In this document: positions 19,751 to 28,664 of the stretch, in pieces
How positions within the stretch are numbered: the stretch's first letter is position 1
Layout of the letters: every line of letters begins with the position of its first letter
From: an uncultured archaeon
Lineage (GTDB): Archaea > Asgardarchaeota > Thorarchaeia > Thorarchaeales > Thorarchaeaceae
Assembly: GCA_964648855.1 (NCBI GenBank)
Contig: CAZYLT010000002.1
Coordinates: 235,014-267,013 of the forward strand
Reading direction: 5' to 3'
DNA: 32,000 bases
The notes under the pieces: generated by a model
What the model was told of the DNA's origin: nothing
Seen by the model: only the letters and a program-made list of their open reading frames with translations
Database searches by the model: none
Translations under genes and position numbers: made by a program

Positions 19751-19765
19751 TAGAAGTAAGTACTA
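19751..19765. promoter_or_regulatory. Candidate Fur/PerR operator (imperfect 7-1-7 inverted repeat)
   Basis: TAGAAGT-A-AGTACTA (5/7 arm match) in the 67-bp AT-rich divergent spacer. Confidence 0.3.
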
Positions 19766-19789
19766 AGTAATATTAAGGTGATATAACTA

Positions 19790-20344
19790 ATGGCAAGAGT
19801 AGCAAGAGAAATGGTTGAGAAAGCTGGAGTTGATGTTGATAAGTTGCTTGAACTCCTAGTCAAGAATGCAGCCGCAGAGTTGACAACATATTACTACTAC
19901 ACGATTCTTCGTGCAAATCTTATTGGTCTTGAAGGCGAGGGAATCAAGGAGATAGCAGAGGCAGCTCGTATTGAGGATAGAAACCACTTTGAGGCGTTAG
20001 TCCCACGAATCTACGAGCTTGGCGGAGGGCTACCAGAAGACATGGTTGACTTCCATAACATCTCAGCGTGCCCCCCTGCTAAAATACCGGAAGATCCTAC
20101 AGATGTTCAGGCCATCCTCAAAGTGCTAGTAGGCGCCGAGAGGTGTGCAGTCAGAGGATACACTGAGATATGCAACATGACAGCAGGAAAGGACCACAGA
20201 ACCTATCTCCTGTCACAGGCTATTCTCAATGAAGAGACTGAACATGAATCTTGGTTCTCAGAGTTTCTGGGAGAGGGCCCCTCAGGACACTTCATGCGGA
20301 AAGGAGAAACTTCTCCCTTCGTTCGAAAATTCCTCCCCGAATAG
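19790..20344 (+). CDS. dps: Dps-like (DpsL/thioferritin) DNA-protection protein
   Basis: AAAELTTYYYYT, EDRNHFE, Cys pair SACPP/AERCA, EETEHE and EGPSGHF; AGGTGA SD. Confidence 0.95.
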   Translation: MARVAREMVEKAGVDVDKLLELLVKNAAAELTTYYYYTILRANLIGLEGEGIKEIAEAARIEDRNHFEALVPRIYELGGGLPEDMVDFHNISACPPAKIPEDPTDVQAILKVLVGAERCAVRGYTEICNMTAGKDHRTYLLSQAILNEETEHESWFSEFLGEGPSGHFMRKGETSPFVRKFLPE

Positions 20345-20371
20345 CATGAAAAACAAAAGGTAGGCCGACCA

Positions 20372-20404
20372 GAAAAGGGAGCTAGTAGCTCTCTTTCTTT
20401 TTTT
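20372..20404 (+). terminator. Hairpin plus T-tract terminator after dps
   Basis: GAAAAGGGAGCT-AGT-AGCTCTCTTTC followed by a T run. Confidence 0.65.
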
Positions 20405-20582
20405 CTACCGTTTTGTCAATCTGACTCATTATCGACTCTGTGCAAAACCGGTCTAATATGTAGATTTGTTAGAACATATGTTCTCAGTATCTTTGCCTTT
20501 AAATCCTAAAAGGAAATTGTAGAGGACTTCTTACTAAAGAAATCCTACTGAGCAAAAATCGATAGAGACATAACTCACGAAA

Positions 20583-20738
20583 CTATGGTTTGAGTTTGGT
20601 CTGCCGCCAGTTCCGTTGTTTTGGATTTCGACGGACCTTCCCCTTGGTCTTGACAACTACCCAGGTAGGTACGCTTGAGTTGCTCTTCATAGCCTTAGCC
20701 ATTCGAAGTTTCTTACCGAGTTTCTTGTTTCTTGCCAT
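20583..20738 (-). CDS. rpl39e: 50S ribosomal protein L39e (below the ORF-track cutoff)
   Basis: Hand translation [51 protein letters not shown], 51 aa; AGGTGA SD. Confidence 0.97.
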   Translation of the reverse strand: MARNKKLGKKLRMAKAMKSNSSVPTWVVVKTKGKVRRNPKQRNWRQTKLKP

Positions 20739-20758
20739 TGTGAGTCACCTGTAGTAGT

Positions 20759-21103
20759 TTATCTGAATCGTACCTTTGTTTCGCGTTCTTTGCCCTGAAG
20801 TTGCTTCAGGAGCGACTTGAGCTGTTCATCTGATATTCTGTTTCTTAATCTTCCGCTGCCGGCTAGTTGGATGAGTTGCATCTCAATCTGTTCTGCTAGC
20901 TGTGGTTTTACTAGTCTGATGTTCGTGAGTCTTGAGCGAGCCTCAGGAGTGAGGATTTGACGTAAGATAGCCTCCTTCTGTGCTTCGGCTTCCTTCTGAC
21001 GCTCCTCAGCCATCTCCTCTTGAGCCGCTTGCTGTTGAAGTTGAGCAAGCTTTTTCTTGCGGATGTCTTCAAGCTCATCTTCGTCGCTCAATTTGTTCAC
21101 CAC
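20759..21103 (-). CDS. PDCD5-like dsDNA-binding protein
   Basis: ELEDIRKKKL and LRQILTPEARSRL..IRLVKP; conserved position between rps19e and rpl39e. Confidence 0.94.
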   Translation of the reverse strand: MVNKLSDEDELEDIRKKKLAQLQQQAAQEEMAEERQKEAEAQKEAILRQILTPEARSRLTNIRLVKPQLAEQIEMQLIQLAGSGRLRNRISDEQLKSLLKQLQGKERETKVRFR

Positions 21104-21114
21104 ATTCTGGTTGA

Positions 21115-21570
21115 TTACGCGTATTTCTCAAGTTCTGGGATTGCCTTTTCAAGTTCTTGCTTCAATGAAGCTGACACCTTGTCGATATAGGATCTGCCTA
21201 CGGGGGTCATTACTCGCCCTCTCTTTTCGTCCTTCTCGACGAAGCCCGCACGTTCCAGTTGTTGCAGTGCGGTCCTGATAATGTTTCCACTACCTTTCTG
21301 AAACCTGTTCGGTTTTGTTCCGCGTCTCTTGCGCCCGCCATAGGCAATTCTAAGTTTCTCAGTACCGATGGGACCGCGCATGTAGACCTTTCTCATGATG
21401 CTGGCACAACGAGTGTACCACCAGTCAGGATCATCAGGAGCTCGTTCCCTGTGGGACCCGGTCTTAGAGTATTCTGCCCACTCTGGGGGTTCAATCTCCT
21501 TTCTATTCTTTAGGTCCTGTGCGAGACGTCGTATCAAGACGTTTGCTGGGATGTCGTACGCTGTAGGCAT
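21115..21570 (-). CDS. rps19e: 30S ribosomal protein S19e
   Basis: KTGSHRERAP, DWWYTRCAS and GSGNIIRTALQQLE. Confidence 0.97.
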   Translation of the reverse strand: MPTAYDIPANVLIRRLAQDLKNRKEIEPPEWAEYSKTGSHRERAPDDPDWWYTRCASIMRKVYMRGPIGTEKLRIAYGGRKRRGTKPNRFQKGSGNIIRTALQQLERAGFVEKDEKRGRVMTPVGRSYIDKVSASLKQELEKAIPELEKYA

Positions 21571-21659
21571 GTGTTGGTCACCGTACTCGTTGAGGTGGAC
21601 ATATCGTACACAGACTCGGCAGATTGCCTACCTCAGAAGGCTGTCAAAATCGGCAATAG

Positions 21660-21680
21660 AGCGCTTAAAAGATTGTCGTT
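21660..21680 (-). promoter_or_regulatory. TATA-like promoter upstream of rps19e
   Basis: CGACAATC-TTTTAAG about 95 nt upstream of the start codon. Confidence 0.4.
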
Positions 21681-21700
21681 AGAGCTTGGCGTTCTTTGTA

Positions 21701-21979
21701 CTATCGACGAAGCTTGTATAGCACTCCAGTATTTCCTCTGATTCCAGCGAGCTCTGCGCCAGTTTCTTTGCAGAGGGTTTCGAACATATCCTCTTTGGAA
21801 TCGCGGTCTGCACCTGTGCTTCTGAGGAGTCGGACCTTGATATACTCATGATTCTTCAATAGGCGTTTAGCCTCTTCGACTGTACCCTCCGAGATGCCAT
21901 TTTTCCCTATCTGCATCATGGTAGGGTCTTGCCAGACTATGGCAATACGTGTTTCATCTGGGTCCGATTTTCCACTCAT
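21701..21979 (-). CDS. YhbY/CRM-domain RNA-binding protein
   Basis: QIGKNG, HEYIKVRLL and GIRGNT..LYK. Confidence 0.9.
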   Translation of the reverse strand: MSGKSDPDETRIAIVWQDPTMMQIGKNGISEGTVEEAKRLLKNHEYIKVRLLRSTGADRDSKEDMFETLCKETGAELAGIRGNTGVLYKLRR

Positions 21980-22014
21980 TACGAATCAAGCTACTCAGCT
22001 TTTGGATACGCTAA

Positions 22015-22338
22015 TCAAGCTTTACCTCTGGCAGGGAACCGTTGAATCGCACCGCATTCAAGGCAGGTCACTGCAAGATGCCTCTCTCTGTTCTGCCGCA
22101 TTCTGACACGGCAATTCTTACCGGGTACAAGAAAAGTTCCACAGTTCTTGCACAAGTGACGTGACATATATCTTGGAAGCTTGATACGCGCTCTCTGGGC
22201 TACATTTCTGGCCTGCTGCATCCATCTCTTTGCTAATTCCGGTCTTTCTCCTGCGACCTCTCTTGACTTCTCCCAGAGTAACTGAATTCTCTCACGAGCA
22301 AGTGCCTTAACCTGCATTCTTCGTGATCGTCTTCCCAA
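22015..22338 (-). CDS. rnp4: Ribonuclease P protein subunit Rpp21
   Basis: ARERIQLL, CKNC..LVPG and TCLECG. Confidence 0.93.
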   Translation of the reverse strand: MGRRSRRMQVKALARERIQLLWEKSREVAGERPELAKRWMQQARNVAQRARIKLPRYMSRHLCKNCGTFLVPGKNCRVRMRQNRERHLAVTCLECGAIQRFPARGKA

Positions 22339-22417
22339 GAATAGTCACCTTCCCAGTTACATGACCAGTGTAGTACTGCTTAAAACGTTCGCTAGGCACT
22401 TATCACATGGGTCGATT

Positions 22418-23125
22418 ATGCTACACGTGATTCTCCTAGAGAGTGCTTTGGAGTTGGTTCCCTCTGAGATTTCCAGTCTCAAAGAAATTCAGAGCTATGC
22501 CCATAGCAAAGGGAAATCACCAACAAAAATTCTACTTGATCAATCCTACCACGGCCGTTCAATGACTCGCCTTCCGTATTCAGAGCGAAGAGGGCGACCT
22601 GATATTGTGTATCTGAGTCTCCTTACTCTGCTTGAAACACCGTTGTGCAAGGCTGGGAATTTAGGAATTCACATTCATCTGCAAGACGGGCGTATGATTG
22701 TTGTGAATCCAGAAGTGCGTTTACCTAGGAACTACGAGCGGTTTATTGGTCTCATGGAGCAATTGCTTATTCGCGGACAGGTGCCCCCAAAAGGAGATCC
22801 ATTACTATCGTTCTCTCCGTATGACTTAGAGGAAGTAATGAACAGGTTGGAAGGCAAGTCTTCTGAATCAGTTTCAATCCTGGCGCTTGAAGAGGGTGAC
22901 AAGAAGACCATCAAGGAGCTCACACGTCACTTTCCCCAGAACGCTCAGGTGCCTGTGGTCGTCGGAATTGGTGCCTTCCCTCATGGAGAATTCTCTAAGG
23001 AAGTGGAGCGACTCTTCGATGATAAAATTGCGCTTTCGTCTGACGTGATGATGGCATGGCACGTCTGTGCTGAGGTCTTGTGGGCTTATACATGGCTTAG
23101 AGAGCTGTCTTCAGACCAAGCTTAA
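22418..23125 (+). CDS. nep1: Nep1/Emg1 16S rRNA pseudouridine methyltransferase
   Basis: LESALE, RGRPDI, RLPRNYERFIGLMEQLL and GAFPHG. Start ATG 22418. Confidence 0.94.
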   Translation: MLHVILLESALELVPSEISSLKEIQSYAHSKGKSPTKILLDQSYHGRSMTRLPYSERRGRPDIVYLSLLTLLETPLCKAGNLGIHIHLQDGRMIVVNPEVRLPRNYERFIGLMEQLLIRGQVPPKGDPLLSFSPYDLEEVMNRLEGKSSESVSILALEEGDKKTIKELTRHFPQNAQVPVVVGIGAFPHGEFSKEVERLFDDKIALSSDVMMAWHVCAEVLWAYTWLRELSSDQA

Positions 23126-23143
23126 GCCAAGGCGAACGCCCCC

Positions 23144-24451
23144 TCACTTCTTCTTCCAAGCGTATGCTCCGATTACCACAATCCCCAAAATTGCTCCAAT
23201 CACAGTAAATGGTATAAGATAATCTACGGGCGCATCGGTTGGAATGGCATCGGGAGGCATATATGTTGGCTCCACGATTTGATAGATATTCCCATCGAAA
23301 GCAAGGATATAGAGAGATTGTTGTGCATCCGCCCCGAAGGATGCTATATTCAAATCTGTGTTGAAAAGTTGCGTATTATTTGTCGGGTTAACCTCATCAT
23401 ACTCTAGGGCCCATATTCGCCCCGAACCAAAGTCGGCATAGATGTACTTGCCTATCAATTGGGTTAGATTCTCTCCTCTGTAGACATATCCTCCTGTTAT
23501 CGAGTTTCCTACATCATGTGTATAGGTCCATACGGGGTCAATGAGTCCCTCATTAGAGCAGCCACTTGGCGGCTCATAGCACTGGTCGCCCTCTTTTATG
23601 TTCCAGCCGTAGTTTCCACCTTTTTCGATGATATCAATCTCTTCCACCTCGCTCTGTCCCACATCTGCAGCCCACATGGTTCCGTTAATTGAGTCAAAAC
23701 TGAATCTCCAAGGATTGCGCAAGCCATAGGCGAATATTTCATCTGCGCCCTCTGTACCCACAAACGGGTTGTCATCCGGAATCCCATAGTTCTTTCCTGA
23801 CTCAGGGTCGTCCACATCAATTCTGAGGATTGATCCCAAGAGAGTCGAGGTGTTCTGACCGTTTCCGAGAGGATCCCCTCCAGAACCCCCGTCTCCAAGA
23901 GCAATGTAGAGATAGCCGTCTGGGCCAAACCTGATCTGCCCTCCATTATGATTGCTATATGGCTGCTCAATCTCTAACAGAATTACTCCTGATGAGGAAT
24001 CTGCAACATTCGGGTCGTCATCACTCACAGTGTACCTTGATACAAGTGTCCTACGAGGTTCCGCGGCAGTATAGTCCACATAGAAGTAGCCAGTGTCATC
24101 ATAATCGGGATGGAAAGTCACGCCGAGAAGTCCCATCTCGTATCCACCATCATCCACCTTTTCCGAGATATCCAGAAACAGGTTTGAGGAATCCACTTCT
24201 CTATGATTATCAAACACATAGATTATGCCTGCTTTTGTCGCCACAAAGAGTCGATTAGTGCCATCCTCTGGTGTGGTCAAATCAACAGGTTGTTGGAAAG
24301 ATAGGTTTGGAAACGCATTATCTAGAGCCAAATCCGCCTCTTGTGCATCTACGAGATACACGTTCTCTGCAAGAAATGAAACTGATAGTAACAATGGGAG
24401 CATGAGAATCAATCGAAGCCTGATATCCGAGGTCATGATATTATCCACCAC
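23144..24451 (-). CDS. Secreted, C-terminally anchored PQQ-dependent glucose/sorbosone dehydrogenase-family beta-propeller
   Basis: Signal peptide, GLLGVTFHP, NHNGG, FGPDGYLYIALGDGG, GLRNPWR, GGNYGW, and C-terminal TM plus KKK. Confidence 0.92.
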   Translation of the reverse strand: MVDNIMTSDIRLRLILMLPLLLSVSFLAENVYLVDAQEADLALDNAFPNLSFQQPVDLTTPEDGTNRLFVATKAGIIYVFDNHREVDSSNLFLDISEKVDDGGYEMGLLGVTFHPDYDDTGYFYVDYTAAEPRRTLVSRYTVSDDDPNVADSSSGVILLEIEQPYSNHNGGQIRFGPDGYLYIALGDGGSGGDPLGNGQNTSTLLGSILRIDVDDPESGKNYGIPDDNPFVGTEGADEIFAYGLRNPWRFSFDSINGTMWAADVGQSEVEEIDIIEKGGNYGWNIKEGDQCYEPPSGCSNEGLIDPVWTYTHDVGNSITGGYVYRGENLTQLIGKYIYADFGSGRIWALEYDEVNPTNNTQLFNTDLNIASFGADAQQSLYILAFDGNIYQIVEPTYMPPDAIPTDAPVDYLIPFTVIGAILGIVVIGAYAWKKK

Positions 24452-24552
24452 CTACAATATTTACAACATCGTATAATATGCTATTGTTAAGACAAAGAGT
24501 TGGGCTGCGGTAACCTTATACTTTGTTTCGTCATTTCGCTACTGGGGATTTT

Positions 24553-24861
24553 ATGTCAAATGGAGATTCAATTGGGTGTATTTCCTGTGGTAACGCTCTT
24601 AGTCCATCAGGAAAAGCGAGACCAATGTGGGAGATTCAGGTCGACGGCAAAATTCGACCTCATTCTTCTTTATCCTACATGCAATGTTCAAAGTGCCTGG
24701 CTACACAGCTCTATGATTCTACCGAACAAACAACTAGCAGAGAAACATCTGGTAATGTAATGATGCCTCGTTACTGCAAACAATGCAGAGTATCGTATTT
24801 TGATCCAATAGGACGATGTCCTTTCTGCGGAAACATCCCTGGGGTGATCAATCGAAAATGA
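24553..24861 (+). CDS. Small double zinc-ribbon protein
   Basis: Four CxxC motifs (CISC, CSKC, CKQC, CPFC); ATG 24553 after GGGGA; stop overlaps the next ATG. Confidence 0.65.
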   Translation: MSNGDSIGCISCGNALSPSGKARPMWEIQVDGKIRPHSSLSYMQCSKCLATQLYDSTEQTTSRETSGNVMMPRYCKQCRVSYFDPIGRCPFCGNIPGVINRK

Positions 24862-25619
24862 GTCCTGTTCCTCTATCCGACGGCATTGCCAGAGACTTTG
24901 GACATAGACTAAGCGGGTCACTGGGTGACCTTGCTCTTTCTCCTGCAGGCGTGGAGACTCAAACCATGGGGGTTTCCGACCAGCGTCTTCGTTCCTCACA
25001 GAAATCTAGGCCATTCTTGGGCAAAAAGACATCTTTGGGAGTAGAAGCAATAGTGGTTGGGAAAGCCACAACTAAACCCAAATACATGTCCCCCTTGTAC
25101 GCAATGGCACTCATTGGTGTTGGATCGGGAATACTAACAGCAACTGCAGTTGAATTGGGTGTGATTGTTGATGTACAAACTCCATTTACCATACGAGTGG
25201 AGAAACAAGGCATCAAGGGTGATGGGCCTATTTCTGACCTTCTTGGTGTTGATGAGAGATTTCAGAGGCTCATTGACCTTCATGAAGAGAAAGTCAGTAT
25301 ATCTGGTGGTAGGACCGTTAAGGTGCGAATGAACTGGGAGGTTCCACTTCTAGGTCAGGTGATCCCCAAAGGAAACAAGACACTTATCACACTTCAATCA
25401 ATCCCCAAGCTGAGCCTTGAAATCACACATGTCAGAGGTGCCGCTCGAGCCTTTGTATATTGGATTCCAAGAACTGCGATAGAGCTGGCGGGCAGAATGG
25501 CGTATTATGTCAGATATGGGAGGGACATGTTCTCAGAACTGCCGGATGAATTGGAATCGGAAACCACATTGATGCAGCAATATCTAGTGTCCGCAGGTTA
25601 TCTCGAGGAGGGTGTATAG
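24858..25619 (+). CDS. Hypothetical protein with one hydrophobic segment
   Basis: ATGA overlap with the upstream gene and GGGGTGA SD; ~253-aa ORF. Confidence 0.7.
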   Translation: MSPVPLSDGIARDFGHRLSGSLGDLALSPAGVETQTMGVSDQRLRSSQKSRPFLGKKTSLGVEAIVVGKATTKPKYMSPLYAMALIGVGSGILTATAVELGVIVDVQTPFTIRVEKQGIKGDGPISDLLGVDERFQRLIDLHEEKVSISGGRTVKVRMNWEVPLLGQVIPKGNKTLITLQSIPKLSLEITHVRGAARAFVYWIPRTAIELAGRMAYYVRYGRDMFSELPDELESETTLMQQYLVSAGYLEEGV

Positions 25620-25621
25620 AG

Positions 25622-25906
25622 ATGTCGTACCCGGACGGTTTCAACAGACATGATCCCGACAACATGGTGTGCAAGTGCTTGATATTCATCGTAGGCATCG
25701 CAATTGCTATGTTTCCTATGTTGTTTCTCGGAACAGGCACTCTAGGCACAAGCATTGCACTGATAATTGGACTCATGACGATAATTCTGGCATGTATTGT
25801 ATTGCCTCGAATGGCAAGGAGTACTGAGAATGAGTTCAATGAGAAACATACACTGCAACTGCCAGAATATGTTCCTCCGAATCCAGTTAATGAGAAAGGT
25901 GATTGA
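25622..25906 (+). CDS. Small two-TM membrane protein
   Basis: Starts 2 nt after the upstream stop with a GAGGGTG SD; two hydrophobic helices. Confidence 0.7.
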   Translation: MSYPDGFNRHDPDNMVCKCLIFIVGIAIAMFPMLFLGTGTLGTSIALIIGLMTIILACIVLPRMARSTENEFNEKHTLQLPEYVPPNPVNEKGD

Positions 25907-25931
25907 AAGACCCCAAAATCCCTTCTCTATG

Positions 25932-28397
25932 CTAAATGTAGATAGCAGGCATCGTTAACGCAGAATGGACTATCTCATTCATCCCGTTCTTATTCAAAAT
26001 CATGTGGGCTAGGGGGCGACTGAAACCTATGACATGTACTATCATTTGATTTTGAGCACGCTTAAGCGTAATAATCGGTTGAGTTAGGAAACAAGTCAGA
26101 TGAGATATCGCGCCCGTCCGAGTACTAAGAGATTCGAATAATACCGTAGCTGAAGTGCTTTCGTCAGCATTACCGACCAATGCACAAACCCATTCAGGCA
26201 TGTCGGGACATTCTGGTGCGTCCACTACTCCCCACCATTCCTCATCAGTCATCCTCTCACTCATCGGTTTCGTAAACTCGTAGTATGAGTAGATGGCTCC
26301 TCTTGTCAGGTACACATTTCCTTCATGGTCAGGAACTGCAACAAAGACAACCATGGGATTTCCCGTTGCCTCTTCAAGCACAGATTCGGTATTGGTATCA
26401 GTGTGCACATCGGCTATGATGGCCGCCCTATCAACATCCTGTTCAGTTCCTACTCGCTCAAACCAGCGGAGTCGCCCGTAAATATATCTAACAACATCGA
26501 TATCAGTTTGATTCAATGGTTCCGATTTCAGTTCCTTTTCTGCAATTTCTTGTAGATGTAGAAGAAGATCGTGTAAAGAAGAGAGTTTGTCCTCAAGATT
26601 TACTGATATTAACGATCTGCTAGCAAGGCCATCAAGTAGCATCTTGCTTAGAGATGCCAGTCTCGCATAGACACGTGGCACTGGTTCTACATAGCCAGGA
26701 GTGGGCTCCATTATGCTATAGTATCCTGTTAGTGATTGTTTGGCATACAGTATTGTGTCGTGTCGGAGTTCAGTCCATGTTCCAAGTGAAGTCAGAAGAC
26801 GCTTGTCCTGCCATGCATCTGACCTCATGAAAGATGGTGCCTCCACATCAGGGATTTCTAGCATGGGTCTTATTGAATGAAGCCACAACCAATACAGATT
26901 CTGAATCCATTGCGCGTCCAATTGATTTGCAAATTCTTGTTTCAGCATCTCCATTTGTTTAGTGTAATTCTCATAGTGACTCTCGGGTGCAAGAAGTTCC
27001 TCCGCCCTCTCGGAGCCTAATACACACATGACGTGAAGTCATTTAGGGAGCAACCTCGGATATGTTAGATTGCCCACACTGGGAAAAACCAGTTGCCAAA
27101 ACATGTAGGAATCAGGCACGTATCGTTGCCCCATGACGGACATGCCTTTAATGACTACTTCCATCTCTTCGTAGCACCACATGAAGTCCGAGAGAATTCA
27201 GGGATTTCGTAATTCATCTGCAGCCCCACGGAATTCCTTTAGTTTCGTTTCATCCTCAAGGTCACTCAGGCTATATTCAGCGCCATAGACATCTTTCATG
27301 TACTCAAGGTAATCTAGTGGCTTCAAGTCATCGGACTCACCCGCGAAGAATGCAGTGGGAAGATAGATACCCCTCCAGAGCTGTATTCCATCACCAGCAG
27401 AGAGGACACTAGATGAGTCATTCAAGCCATGACAGATTAGAATTGTTTGGGCTGTTTCTTCTAGCCCCTTCTCATTGTTCTCACTCTCAGTTCTCCAATC
27501 ATCGTTTGGGTGTAGTCTAAAAGCCACTCTGCCGAGTAACATCATTGCCTTGAAGAATCGTGCTAATTCCTCACTTCTTGTGTAGTGCCCTCTTGGCTTG
27601 TACTGACTAAAGTCCTCACGTTGGTCCATGAACCAAGCTCTACTGAATCCCTGAACAGCTTCCATTAGATTAATGGTCTGGCTCACCCATTCAATAACGT
27701 CACTGGACGGAGTCCAACTAGGCGATAGACACTTCTTGATGACTGAGAAGAAGGCAACGTTCAGTGTCGCACAATCTATCCACCACTGCGACTCAAGTTC
27801 TTCTTGAAGATCAATCGAGTTTTCTAATAAATGGTCTATGAGAATCTCTAGATACACAGTCAGGTTATCGGCTTCCATTGTCCGTAGAGCATAGTCATAG
27901 AGGACATGAAAGATATGATACATGCTATCTGCGGTGACAAATGACGGGATATCTCTCCAATAGTTATCATCTTAGACCTCAGAGAACTGATAGTACGGAC
28001 GGAGAGGATCTGTGAAGCTGTAGTTACAGTTCTGAACGGCTGCGAAATAATTCTCAGCGATTAGACTCTCTACTTCTGTAGACCATCCCTCTAGTTCTCG
28101 AAAGCCATCAAGATTCCCTATATTAGAGAGGTCTGGATCCACCTCATATTGTGGTGCATCTATCTCGAAATCATCTTCATAATCGGTATAGAAAGAGAAG
28201 TTGTCCAGTTGAGAATAGGGGATGTCTACAAGCGGCTCCTCTGGTGGGGTTTCAGGGGGTTGTGTTGTGGTTGTAGTATCTGTATCATCCACTGGGACGT
28301 TTGCAATGCCAACTCCCCCGGCAGTAGTGATAAGCAGTATGACAATAGATGTCATTACCATTCTTCTTGTGTCCCAATCCGAAATCGTTTCTCTCAA
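25932..28397 (-). pseudogene. DUF3160-like surface protein with three in-frame stops
   Basis: ORFs 27972..28397, 27198..27923 and 25932..27029 share one frame, with stops TAA 27972, TGA 27198 and TGA 27039. Motifs DFSQYKPRGHYT, MGQRYVPD, WTELRHDTILYAKQ, GYVEP, ADVHT and SYYEF. Confidence 0.88.
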
Positions 28398-28557
28398 GGC
28401 TGACCCCCACCGTATCGCACAGTATCCTATTGGAGGTTGTACTGTTACTCAGTGAGCTATGAACATGCTCAGTCTTTAATCCTTATGTGCGCTTCAAAAT
28501 ACAACACACAACCTGTTCAGTGATTGGTTTTCGCCGAAACTTAGAGAATGACATACC

Positions 28558-28585
28558 TAAATTTAGAACACGTGTTCTAAATTTA
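28558..28585. repeat. Perfect 28-bp palindrome TAAATTTAGAACACGTGTTCTAAATTTA
   Basis: Read directly; the sequence equals its own reverse complement. Confidence 0.95.
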
Positions 28586-28664
28586 TCTTGTGCGTCGAAG
28601 ATGGATTTCCGGATTGAAAGATATGCGTCTTTCTGTAGGGGTTGCCCTTGTTGCCAAATCTCGA

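Noticed and set aside
19723-19863. N-terminal extension of Fur with an apparent TM segment
   Set aside because: It overlaps dps and the divergent promoter, so it is an artefact of the longest-ORF call.
27039-27200. Selenocysteine or genome-wide TGA recoding to explain the in-frame TGAs
   Set aside because: The contexts suggest Arg and Gly rather than Cys, a TAA is also present, and TGA terminates normal genes here (ftsY, rpl18a, rnp4).
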